In this document: positions 37,771 to 46,642 of the stretch, one piece after another
Numbering within the stretch: position 1 is the first letter of the stretch
Layout of the letters: every line of letters begins with the position of its first letter
Assembly (NCBI GenBank): GCA_036513175.1
Contig: DATBZM010000388.1
Span: forward strand, 2,069 to 66,068
Length of the DNA: 64,000 bases
Source: Xanthobacteraceae bacterium
Lineage (GTDB): Bacteria > Pseudomonadota > Alphaproteobacteria > Rhizobiales > Xanthobacteraceae
Direction of reading: 5' to 3'
The notes under the pieces: generated by a model
What the model was told of the DNA's origin: nothing
Databases searched by the model: none
What the model saw: only the letters and a program-made list of their open reading frames with translations
Program-made: the position numbers and the translations under genes

Positions 37771-38880
37771 TCAGACTTCCCGCGTCTCGAAATCGATGCG
37801 CGGATCGATGAGCGTGTAGGTGAAATCGGAGATCAGGTTCACGACCAGCCCGATCAGCGCGAAGATATAGAGATTGGCGAACACCACCGGATAGTCCCGG
37901 TTGAGAACGCTTTCGAAGCTCAGCAGGCCGAGCCCGTCGAGCGAGAATATCGTCTCGATCAGCAGCGAGCCGCCGAAGAAGGCGCCGACGAAGGTTCCGG
38001 CGAAGCCCGCGATGACGATCAGCATGGCGTTGCGGAAGACGTGCCCGTACAGCACCCGGCGCTCACTCAATCCCTTGGCGCGCGCCGTGAGCACGTATTG
38101 CTTGCGGATTTCGTCGAGAAAAGAGTTCTTGGTGAGCAGCGTCATGGTGGCGAACGAGCCGACCATCATCGCGCCGACCGGCAAGGTGATATGCCAGAAA
38201 TAGTCGATGATCTTGCCGTACCAGGGAAGCTGGCTCCAATTCTCGGAGGTGAGCCCGCGCAGCGGAAAGATGTTCCAGAACGAGCCGCCGGCGAACAGCA
38301 CGATCAGGAGGATCGCGAGCAGGAAGGAAGGCACCGCGTAGCCGACGATGATGATCGACGAGGTGACGGTGTCGAAGCGCGTGCCGTCACGCACCGCCTT
38401 GGCGATGCCGAGCGGGATCGAGATCAAATAGGTGAGCAGCGTCATCCACAGGCCGAGCGAGATCGACACCGGGAGCTTTTCCCTGATCAGATCGACCACA
38501 CGGATGTCGCGAAAGAAGCTCTGGCCGAAATCGAACACGAGATAGCTCTTGAGCATGATGAAGAAGCGCACATAGGCCGGCTTGTCGAAGCCGAACTGCT
38601 TCTCCAGCTTCTTGATGAAGGCCGGATCGAGGCCCTGAGCGCCGCGGTACTTGGAGGTCACGGCGTCGAGCTGGCCCGCGCCCTGCAGCTGGCGGGCGCC
38701 GAAGTCGCCGCCGGAGCCGCCGACGCGCGAGCTCGCGCCCGTGTCCATGCCCGAAAGCTGGGCGAGCACGCGTTCCACCGGCCCGCCGGGCGCGAACTGC
38801 ACCACGACGAACGCGACCAGCAATATGCCGAACAGCGTCGGGATCATCAGCAGCAGGCGGCGAACCAGGTAGGCGGCCAT
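37771..38880 (-). CDS. yejB: peptide ABC transporter permease (YejB-type)
   Basis: MAAYLVRRLLLMIPTLFGI N-terminus typical of DppB/YejB permeases; 369 aa. Confidence 0.9.
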   Translation of the reverse strand: MAAYLVRRLLLMIPTLFGILLVAFVVVQFAPGGPVERVLAQLSGMDTGASSRVGGSGGDFGARQLQGAGQLDAVTSKYRGAQGLDPAFIKKLEKQFGFDKPAYVRFFIMLKSYLVFDFGQSFFRDIRVVDLIREKLPVSISLGLWMTLLTYLISIPLGIAKAVRDGTRFDTVTSSIIIVGYAVPSFLLAILLIVLFAGGSFWNIFPLRGLTSENWSQLPWYGKIIDYFWHITLPVGAMMVGSFATMTLLTKNSFLDEIRKQYVLTARAKGLSERRVLYGHVFRNAMLIVIAGFAGTFVGAFFGGSLLIETIFSLDGLGLLSFESVLNRDYPVVFANLYIFALIGLVVNLISDFTYTLIDPRIDFETREV

Positions 38881-38901
38881 TCGGAATCCCTCTCGTTCTG
38901 C

Positions 38902-40761
38902 TCAGCCCGCCCGCTCGATCTTGCTCGCCTTGTCGCGGTCATACCACCAGATGTCCGGAATGGCGCGGTCATAGAGCGGCGGCGGCGCGCTCGGCCGGCC
39001 GAACACGTCCCAATAGGCGATCAAGTGCGAGGCCCGGTACCATTGCGGCACCCAATATCGGGCGGCGCGGATGACGCGGTCGAGGGCGCGGCAGGCAACC
39101 GTGAGCGCGTGCCGGCTGTCGCTGGCGATCACCTTCTCGACCAGCGCATCCACCACGGGATCGGCGATGCCGCCGATATTGAACGAGCCATTGATGCGCG
39201 CGGACGCCGACGAGAGATACGTGCGCAGCTCGTCGCCCGGCGTGTTGGCGAAGGTCAGGCGCTCCACCGTCACGTCGAAGTCGCGGTCGTCGAGGCGCGC
39301 CTTGTATTGGACCGCGTCGACCTCGCGGATCTTCGCGTCGATGCCGAGCATGGCAAGATTCTTGATGTAGGCGAGGTGGTGCGGCTCGAAGGTCGGATCG
39401 TCGACCAGGAACTCGATGGTGAACGGCTCGCCCTTCGTGTCCGTGCGCTTGCCGTTCTTGAGCGTGAAGCCCGCCTGCGTCAGCAGGGCGCTCGCCTTGG
39501 CGAGCAGCGGACGGATCTGCCCCGAGCCGTCGTTGACCGGCGGAACGTAGGGCTCGCCGAACACCTCGTCCGGCACCTTGCCACGGAACGGCTCGAGCAG
39601 CGCCAGCTCCTCGGCGCCCGGCTTGCCGGTCGCCATCAAGGGCGAGTTCTGGAACATCGAGATGGTGCGCTGATAGGCGCCGTACATGACATTCTTGTTG
39701 GTCCATTCGAAATCGAAGGCGTCGATCAGCGCTTCGCGCACGCGCCGGTCCTTGAACTTCTCGCGCCGCAGGTTGGGAAACCATCCCTGCGCGCCTGACA
39801 GCGTGCCGTCGGCCAGCGTGTCGCGCTTGACGCGGCCGTCGCGCGCAGCGGGAAAATCGTAGCGGGTCGCCCAGACGCGCGAGGTGAATTCCTCGCGCAA
39901 CAGGTAGTTCTTCGCCGTGAATCCGATGAAGCCCACCTCGCGGTCGCGGTAGAACTCGTAGCGCACGGTGTCGAAGTTGCTCATCCCGACCGCAACCGGG
40001 AGAGTGGCGCCCCAGAAGTCCTTCACGCGCTCGTATTCGATGTAGTGGCCGGCATCGAAATGACCGACCCGGTAGGCGCCGGAGCCGAGCGGAATATCGA
40101 GGGTCGACTGGTCGAACGGATGGGTCGTGTAGTAGGCGCGCGAAAAGATCGGCAGGCTCGCGACGTAGAGCGGCACGGTGCGGCCGCGCCCCGGCTTGAA
40201 GCGTACGACGAGCGTCGCGTCGTCTTCGGCTTCTGCGCGGTCGAAATCGTTCAGCTGCTGGACCACCAGCGGATGGCCCTTGTCCTTGAGGATGGTCAGC
40301 GAGAATGCGGCGTCCTGCGCCGTGAGCCTGGTGCCGTCGTGGAAGCGCGCTTCCGGCCGCATCAGGTAGCGGTAGGTCAGCCCGTCGGCGGAGATGCGCA
40401 CCGCGCGCGCCGCGTAGCCATACATGGCGTCCGGCTCGTCGGCCGCGCGCGCCATCAGCGCCGCGAAGGTGAGCTCCATGCCTTGCGCCGCATCGCCTTT
40501 GAGAATGAAGCTGTTGAGCGAATTGAAGGTCTGGAAATTCTGGTTGTTGAGCCGCGCCGGCCCGATCTGCGAAAACTGGCCCCCCTTCGGCGCGTTCGGA
40601 TCGACATAGTCGAAATGCTTGAAGTCGGGCGGATATTTGAGGTCGCCGAAGGCCGAGATGCCGTGGTGTTCGCTCTCCGCGGCGGCACACGCCGGCGCCA
40701 GCCGCGCGGCGGCGAGCGCGCCGACGCCGATGACGAGCGCATTGCGGCGCGTGATCGTCAC
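38902..40761 (-). CDS. yejA: family-5 extracellular solute-binding protein (YejA-type), copy 1
   Basis: GTG at 40761 (VTITRRNALVIGVGALAAARLAPACAAA signal) overlaps the TGA of the upstream paralogue (GTGA). ORF track 38902..40923. Confidence 0.85.
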   Translation of the reverse strand: MTITRRNALVIGVGALAAARLAPACAAAESEHHGISAFGDLKYPPDFKHFDYVDPNAPKGGQFSQIGPARLNNQNFQTFNSLNSFILKGDAAQGMELTFAALMARAADEPDAMYGYAARAVRISADGLTYRYLMRPEARFHDGTRLTAQDAAFSLTILKDKGHPLVVQQLNDFDRAEAEDDATLVVRFKPGRGRTVPLYVASLPIFSRAYYTTHPFDQSTLDIPLGSGAYRVGHFDAGHYIEYERVKDFWGATLPVAVGMSNFDTVRYEFYRDREVGFIGFTAKNYLLREEFTSRVWATRYDFPAARDGRVKRDTLADGTLSGAQGWFPNLRREKFKDRRVREALIDAFDFEWTNKNVMYGAYQRTISMFQNSPLMATGKPGAEELALLEPFRGKVPDEVFGEPYVPPVNDGSGQIRPLLAKASALLTQAGFTLKNGKRTDTKGEPFTIEFLVDDPTFEPHHLAYIKNLAMLGIDAKIREVDAVQYKARLDDRDFDVTVERLTFANTPGDELRTYLSSASARINGSFNIGGIADPVVDALVEKVIASDSRHALTVACRALDRVIRAARYWVPQWYRASHLIAYWDVFGRPSAPPPLYDRAIPDIWWYDRDKASKIERAG

Positions 40762-42662
40762 CGGCCCGACCCGGTCTTTGCCGCCTTGTCGGCGTCCCAC
40801 CACCAGATGGTGGGGAATGCATCGTCGCCGTAGTACGGCATCTTGTCGGGCCGGCCGAAGCGGTCCCAGCGCGCCGAGCGCACCTTGCGGTAGCTCCAAT
40901 GCGGCACGACGTAGTGGTTCCACAACAGCACGCGGTCGAGCGCCTTGGTGGCCGCGACCAGCTCGTCGCGGTTCTTTGCGAAGATGACGCGGTCGATCAG
41001 CGCGTCTATCGCGGGGTCCTTGACCCCGATGTAGTTCTGCGACGCGGGCTGATCGGCCGCGGCCGAGCCCCAGTAGCCGCGCTGCTCGTTACCGGGCGAG
41101 AGCGATTCGCCCCAGCTGTGGATGATGATGTCGAAGTCGCGGTTGCGCAGGCGGTTTTCGTATTGCGCGTCGTCGATCGTGCGGATCGACACCGCGATGC
41201 CCATGCGCTCTAGCCCCGGCTTGTAGAACAGGTTGATGCGCTCAAAGACCGGCTCGTCGCCGAGCAGCTCGACCGCGAGCTGGGTGCCGGTCTTGGCGTC
41301 GACCAGCTTCTGGTCGCGGATCTCGTAGCCGGCCTGCTGCATCAGGCGCAGGCCTGCGCGCAGGTTGTCGCGGGCCAGCGTGGGATTGCCGCCGACCGGA
41401 TTGCTGTAGGCCGTGGTGAACACTTCCGGCGGCACCTTGTCGCGCAACGGCTCGAGCACTGCAAGCTCCTGCGGGCCCGGCAGCCCGGTGGCGGCGAGCT
41501 CGGTGCCGTAGAAGTAGCTGTTGATGCGTTCGTACTGGCCATAGAAGAGCTGCTTGTTGAGCTCCTCGAAGTCGAGCGCGAAGTTGAAGGCGTGCCGGAC
41601 ACGCGGGTCCTTGAACTTGTCCCGTCGCGTGTTGAACGCGAAGCACTGCATGCCGCCGCTGTTGCGGATCGGAAACTCTTCCTTGATCACGCGCTTGGCG
41701 GTGACGGCGGGGAAATTGTATCCCGTAACCCACGTCTGCGCGCTGTCCTGAGTGCGCCAATCGAGCTGGTCGGCCTTGAAGGCCTCGAACGCGACGGTCG
41801 TGTCGCGGAAATAGATGTAGCGGATCTCGTCGAAATTGTCGGAGCCGATCCGCACCGGAAGATCCTTGCCCCAGTACTCCTTGACCCGCTCGTAGACGAT
41901 CGTGCGCCCCGGCTCAAACGACTTGATCCGATAGGGCCCGCTGCCGAGCGGCGGTTCGAGCGTGGTCAGACTCACGTCGCGCCCCTTGCCGTTCCGGTCC
42001 TTGCCTTCCCACCAATGCTTGGGCAGCACGTAAAGCTCGCTGACGATCTGCGGCAGCTCGCGGTTGCCCGGTCCGTCGAACGTGAAGGTGACGTCGCGTT
42101 CGCCGGTCTTCTCCAGCTTGACCACGTGGCGGAAGTAGGCCCCGTAGAACGGGCTGTTCGCCCGCAAGGCATTGAACGAGAAGATGACGTCTTCGGGCGT
42201 CACCGGCTGCCCGTCGTGCCATTTCGCCGCGGCGCGCAGCCGGTAGGTGGCCGACGAGAAGTCGTCGGTTCGGCTCACCGACTCGGCGAGGAGGCCATAA
42301 ACGGATGCCACCTCGTCGAGCGCCGGCGCGGCGAGCTGTTCGTAGACGTGGGTGATGCCCGACGCGATCTGGCCCTTGAAACCCGCGACCACGACATTGA
42401 AGTTATCGAAGGTGCCGAGGCCCAGCATGCGCACCGAGCCGCCCTTCGGTGCGTCGGGATTGACGTAATCGAAGCGCTTGAAGTCAGCCGGATATTTGAG
42501 GTCGCCAAACAGCGAGAGGCCTTGCCGCCAGGCCGGGCCGGGCGCCGCCGCGCCCTGCGCGGCGGCCGGCTGAACGAGGGCGGAAAGGCCGGATTTGGCG
42601 AGCCCGGGCGCCGCGAGCGCGAGCGCACTGCGGCGAAGGAGGTGGCGGCGGGTCAGGAACAA
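40758..42662 (-). CDS. yejA: family-5 extracellular solute-binding protein (YejA-type), copy 2
   Basis: 634 aa; signal MFLTRRHLLRRSALALAAPGLA...; collinear paralogue of copy 1 (shared SLFGDLKYP.DFK.FDYVNP.APKGG motif). Confidence 0.85.
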   Translation of the reverse strand: MFLTRRHLLRRSALALAAPGLAKSGLSALVQPAAAQGAAAPGPAWRQGLSLFGDLKYPADFKRFDYVNPDAPKGGSVRMLGLGTFDNFNVVVAGFKGQIASGITHVYEQLAAPALDEVASVYGLLAESVSRTDDFSSATYRLRAAAKWHDGQPVTPEDVIFSFNALRANSPFYGAYFRHVVKLEKTGERDVTFTFDGPGNRELPQIVSELYVLPKHWWEGKDRNGKGRDVSLTTLEPPLGSGPYRIKSFEPGRTIVYERVKEYWGKDLPVRIGSDNFDEIRYIYFRDTTVAFEAFKADQLDWRTQDSAQTWVTGYNFPAVTAKRVIKEEFPIRNSGGMQCFAFNTRRDKFKDPRVRHAFNFALDFEELNKQLFYGQYERINSYFYGTELAATGLPGPQELAVLEPLRDKVPPEVFTTAYSNPVGGNPTLARDNLRAGLRLMQQAGYEIRDQKLVDAKTGTQLAVELLGDEPVFERINLFYKPGLERMGIAVSIRTIDDAQYENRLRNRDFDIIIHSWGESLSPGNEQRGYWGSAAADQPASQNYIGVKDPAIDALIDRVIFAKNRDELVAATKALDRVLLWNHYVVPHWSYRKVRSARWDRFGRPDKMPYYGDDAFPTIWWWDADKAAKTGSGR

Positions 42663-42878
42663 GGGGTTCTCCGCAATCGATTGGGTGCAGGATTTCTCCG
42701 GCCTATGTCTTTAACGGATTATGTCCCTTTTGCGATGCATTGGCGCACGCGGGTGCGGCTAACTCCCACGCCTGCCTTCAATTTCCCGTGCATGTTCCCT
42801 TGCACGCGGGCGCAAAAGCTCTCGGCCGGGCGCGGGCCCGGCCGAGCGCTTCATTCAATGGAAGCCACGCCGGTCGGG

Positions 42879-43427
42879 CTATTTGTTGGCCACCTTCGGC
42901 AGGTCCATCGGCTTGTCGGCGAGCGTGTGCAGGTAGTTGATCACGTCGGCGCGCTGGCTGTCGCGCGAGAAGCCCGCAAAAGTCATCAGGGTGCCTGGGA
43001 TGTAGCCGCGCGGATTGGTGAGGAACTTGTTGAGCTCGTCCCAGGTCCAGGTGCCGCCCTTGGCTTTCATGGCCGCCGAATAGTTGAACCCCGGCTCCGA
43101 GGCGCGCGCGCGACCCACGATGCCCCAGAGGTTGGGACCGACCTTGTTCGGCCCGCCCTTCTCGAAGGTGTGGCAGGCTTGGCAGATCTTGGTAGCGGCT
43201 TGGCCGCGCTCGGCGTTCGACGTCTGCAGCAGCACTTCGATCGGCTGCGGCGCCGCCGGCGCGCCGCCCTGCTGCTCGGCGGGCTTTTCCTGGATCGCGA
43301 TCTCGTAGCCGGGCTTCGCCGGCACTTGGGGGGTGAAGATCGCGCCGGCCGCGATATTGACCGCCTCCAGCGAGAGGCAGGTGGCCAGCACCGCCATCAG
43401 GACTTTGTTCAGGTCGTCGGAATCCAT
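42879..43427 (-). CDS. cycM: membrane-anchored class I cytochrome c (CycM-like)
   Basis: N-terminal TM anchor, Pro/Ala linker, haem site CQACH with the GPNLWGIVGR context and distal Met (PGTLMTF); 182 aa. Confidence 0.8.
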   Translation of the reverse strand: MDSDDLNKVLMAVLATCLSLEAVNIAAGAIFTPQVPAKPGYEIAIQEKPAEQQGGAPAAPQPIEVLLQTSNAERGQAATKICQACHTFEKGGPNKVGPNLWGIVGRARASEPGFNYSAAMKAKGGTWTWDELNKFLTNPRGYIPGTLMTFAGFSRDSQRADVINYLHTLADKPMDLPKVANK

Positions 43428-43484
43428 TGCCGAAATGCTCCGAAGGTCGTCATCGGTTAGCGGAGAGATGGCCCGGCGGGCGCA

Positions 43485-43556
43485 TAGGCGAGCAAAGCGA
43501 CGCCGTTCTTCGAACGGCCGTAGGCGAGCGAAACGACGCCGTTCTTCGAACGGCTA
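43485..43556. repeat. two tandem 36-bp direct repeats, each with a small hairpin
   Basis: TAGGCGAGCAAAGCGACGCCGTTCTTCGAACGGCCG / TAGGCGAGCGAAACGACGCCGTTCTTCGAACGGCTA. Each has an internal CCGTTC-TTC-GAACGG stem-loop. In the cycM-kdsB divergent intergenic region. Confidence 0.8.
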
Positions 43557-43667
43557 TCGGTAGCGGCGCACAAATAGCCGGTTTGCCTCGCCCCTGGCAA
43601 CCCGTATAAGCGGGCTCCCCACCCGTCAAATTCGGGCTGACGCGCGTAAATCCGGGCATTTTCGGCG

Positions 43668-44402
43668 ATGGTGAGCGAGGTCATTGTTCTCATTCCGGCG
43701 CGCCTCGCCGCGACCCGGCTGCCCGGCAAGCCGCTCATTGATATCGCCGGCAAGCCGATGATCGCCCACGTGCTGGCGCGTGCGCAGGCCGCGGGCGTCG
43801 GCGAGGTGGTGGTGGCGACCGATTCGGAAGCGGTCTGCGTTGCGGCGGAAAAAGCCGGCGGCCGCGCGATGATGACCTCGGCCGAGCATCAGTCCGGCTC
43901 CGATCGCATCTTCGAGGCGCTCGCCGACCTCGACCCGGAACGGCGCATCCGCCGGGTGGTGAACGTTCAGGCCGACCTGCCGACCCTCGATCCGGCCGAT
44001 CTGCGCGCCGCCGTCGCGCTGCTCGACGATCCGGCGGTCGATATCGCGACGCTCGCGGCGGAAATCCGCGATCCGGCCGAGCGCACCAATCCCAACATCG
44101 TCAAGATGGTCGGGTCGCCACTCGGTGCGCGGCGCCTGCGCGCGCTCTATTTCACCCGCGCGACCGCGCCCTACGGCGACGGTCCGCTCTATCATCACAT
44201 CGGTCTTTATGCGTATCGGCGCGAAGCGCTCGAACGCTTCGTCAAGCTGCCGCCCTCGACCCTGGAGAAGCGCGAAAAGCTCGAGCAGCTGCGCGCTCTC
44301 GAAGCCGGCATGCGCATCGATGTCGCGTTGGTCGATTCGGTGCCGCTCGGCGTCGATACGCCCGAAGATCTGGAAAAAGCGCGCGCGCTGCTTACGCATT
44401 GA
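43668..44402 (+). CDS. kdsB: 3-deoxy-manno-octulosonate cytidylyltransferase
   Basis: [18 protein letters not shown]-terminus and overall KdsB pattern; 244 aa. Confidence 0.95.
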   Translation: MVSEVIVLIPARLAATRLPGKPLIDIAGKPMIAHVLARAQAAGVGEVVVATDSEAVCVAAEKAGGRAMMTSAEHQSGSDRIFEALADLDPERRIRRVVNVQADLPTLDPADLRAAVALLDDPAVDIATLAAEIRDPAERTNPNIVKMVGSPLGARRLRALYFTRATAPYGDGPLYHHIGLYAYRREALERFVKLPPSTLEKREKLEQLRALEAGMRIDVALVDSVPLGVDTPEDLEKARALLTH

Positions 44403-44411
44403 GTGGGATCC

Positions 44412-45272
44412 ATGAGCAAGACATCGAAGAAACGTAAAATCGCGTTCCAGGGCGAGCTTGGGGCGAACTCGCATATCGCGTGTAACGAGGCCTATCCGGG
44501 CTACGAGCTCCTGCCGTGCCCGACCTTCGAGGACGCCTTGGCGGCGATCGCGAGCGGCAGGGCCGATCTCGGCATGATCCCGATTGAGAATTCGGTCGCC
44601 GGACGCGTTGCCGATATCCATCACCTGATGCCGACCGCCAAACTGCACATCATCGCCGAGCACTTTCTGCCGATCCGCAACCAGCTCATGGCTCCGTACG
44701 GCGCCACGCTCAAAGGCCTCAAGACGGTGGAGAGCCACATCATGGCGCTCGGCCAGTGCCGCAACTACATCCGCAAGCTCGGCATCAAGGCGCTGGTCGC
44801 GGCCGACACGGCGGGCGCCGCCAAGGAGGTGGCGGAGCATGGCGATCCCACGCGGGCCGCGATCGCGTCGCGCCTCGCCGCGAAAATCTACGGCTTGCGA
44901 ATTCTCGCCGAGAACATCGAGGACGACGCGCATTCGACCACGCGCTTCATCGTGCTCTCGCGCGAGAAGAAGCTCGCCAAACGCGGCAACGGCCTGATGC
45001 TCACGACCTTCGTGTTCCAGGTGCGCAACATTCCGGCCGCGCTCTACAAGGCGCTCGGCGGCTTTGCCACCAATCGGGTCAACATGACCAAGCTCGAAAG
45101 CTACATGATCGAGGGTAACTTCTTCGCCACCCAGTTCTACGCCGACGTCGAGGGCCACCCGGACGACCCGAACCTCAAGCTTGCGCTGGAGGAGCTGGCG
45201 TTCTTCTCCAAGGAGTTCACCATCCTCGGCGTCTACCCGGCGCATCCGTTCCGGGCGAAGCTCGCCAGGTAG
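44412..45272 (+). CDS. pheA: prephenate dehydratase
   Basis: ATG at 44412 (ORF begins with GTG at 44403). KIAFQGELGANSH PDT-domain start, TRF motif (HSTTRFIVL), C-terminal ACT domain. Confidence 0.9.
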   Translation: MSKTSKKRKIAFQGELGANSHIACNEAYPGYELLPCPTFEDALAAIASGRADLGMIPIENSVAGRVADIHHLMPTAKLHIIAEHFLPIRNQLMAPYGATLKGLKTVESHIMALGQCRNYIRKLGIKALVAADTAGAAKEVAEHGDPTRAAIASRLAAKIYGLRILAENIEDDAHSTTRFIVLSREKKLAKRGNGLMLTTFVFQVRNIPAALYKALGGFATNRVNMTKLESYMIEGNFFATQFYADVEGHPDDPNLKLALEELAFFSKEFTILGVYPAHPFRAKLAR

Positions 45273-45304
45273 CAAAGCGAAGCGTGCCCACGCGTCCTAC
45301 GCGC

Positions 45305-46639
45305 TCAGATCGCGTCGGATGGCGAGGAGAACGTGAAATCCTTCACCAGCAGCGTCGGCGCCGCGACGGTCGGACGCTCGGTCTCGCCGCCGCGCGTTCG
45401 CTCGCTCGGCCCGATCGCCAGCACGTTGGCGAGGATCGCGATCGGGCTCTCGTTGAAGCGGAAGTTGAGCGCCGGGCCGACGATACGCCCGTTCTCGATC
45501 AGGAAATTGCCGTCGCGCGTGAGGCCGGTGAGCACGAGCTCTTGCCGATCGAGCACGCGGATGTACCACAGGCGCGTGACCAGCACGCCGCGCTTCACGT
45601 CGCGGATCATGTCGTCGGTCGTCGTCGTCCCGCCCGTCATGACGAAGCTGTGCGACTGCGGTACCGGCTCGCGGCCCGCTTTCTGTGCCCAGTAGCGCGA
45701 ATAGACAAGATTCTCGAGCACGCCGTCCTCGGCCCAGACGGTGCGGCCTTGCGGCAGGCCCTCCTCGTCGAAGGTGGCCGCCGGCGCGACCGGACTGCCC
45801 GAATCGGAGAAGATCGTGACCTTGTCGGCAAACAGCTTCTCGCCGATCTTGTTGCCGCCGCCCTTCCTGGAGAAGAAGCTGCGGCCCTCGTCGGCCTGCC
45901 GCGCATTCATGTACCACAGCGCGTAGGTGACGAAGTCCGATACCGCCGAGGGCTCGAGGATGACCGTATACTTGCCCGGGTCGAGCCGGACCGGCGGCGC
46001 CGCATAGGCCGCCTTGTCGGCGGCGCGCGCGCCGAGGCGTGCCGTATCGAGGCGGCCGATGCGGGTCTCGGCGACCCCGGCCCATCCCGACCACGTGCCG
46101 GCGCGGTTGCGCGCCGTGACGGTGAACTCCGTGCTGGTGCGCGGCTCATAGGCAAAAAGGCCGGCGCTCGTCGCCAGCGCGTGGAACCCGCGCCCCGCGA
46201 TGCTGTAGCCGGTCACGTCGATGCTGCGTTTGCCGGCTGCGTCGATGATGGCCTTCGCGGCGGACGCAAGATCGCCGGCGCGGATCGCGGCGGTCGGCGC
46301 GTCGTAGCCGGCGGCTGCTGCATATTTGTGCGGTCCCAAGGGTGGCAAGGATTCGGGATTTTCCGGCGCCGAGCGTGCGATGTCCTCGGAGCGCGCGACC
46401 GCCTGGGCCAGCATCTGCTCGTCGCGCCCGGTGATGCTCGCAGCACCGGAGCGCTTGCCGAAGTACGATTCGATCCGCACCTCCAGCGTGCTCTGCGCGC
46501 CATTGGTGGTCGCGTTGCCGTGCGCGAAGCGCAGATTGGTATCCTCGCGGCCCGCGATGCCGACGACGCAATGCTCCGCCTTCGATCGCGCCAGCAGCCC
46601 GTCGGCGATGCGCTTGGCCTCGTCGGGTGAAAGGAACAT
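45305..46639 (-). CDS. TldD/PmbA-family metallopeptidase subunit (PmbA/TldE-like, no signal peptide)
   Basis: 444 aa. PmbA_TldD-family architecture; lacks an HExxxH motif; immediately downstream of the TldD-like gene (3-nt gap). Confidence 0.8.
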   Translation of the reverse strand: MFLSPDEAKRIADGLLARSKAEHCVVGIAGREDTNLRFAHGNATTNGAQSTLEVRIESYFGKRSGAASITGRDEQMLAQAVARSEDIARSAPENPESLPPLGPHKYAAAAGYDAPTAAIRAGDLASAAKAIIDAAGKRSIDVTGYSIAGRGFHALATSAGLFAYEPRTSTEFTVTARNRAGTWSGWAGVAETRIGRLDTARLGARAADKAAYAAPPVRLDPGKYTVILEPSAVSDFVTYALWYMNARQADEGRSFFSRKGGGNKIGEKLFADKVTIFSDSGSPVAPAATFDEEGLPQGRTVWAEDGVLENLVYSRYWAQKAGREPVPQSHSFVMTGGTTTTDDMIRDVKRGVLVTRLWYIRVLDRQELVLTGLTRDGNFLIENGRIVGPALNFRFNESPIAILANVLAIGPSERTRGGETERPTVAAPTLLVKDFTFSSPSDAI

Positions 46640-46642
46640 CGG

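Noticed and set aside
43485-43556. Possible CRISPR array or minisatellite.
   Set aside because: Only two directly abutting 36-bp units are present, with no spacers and no cas genes in the window.
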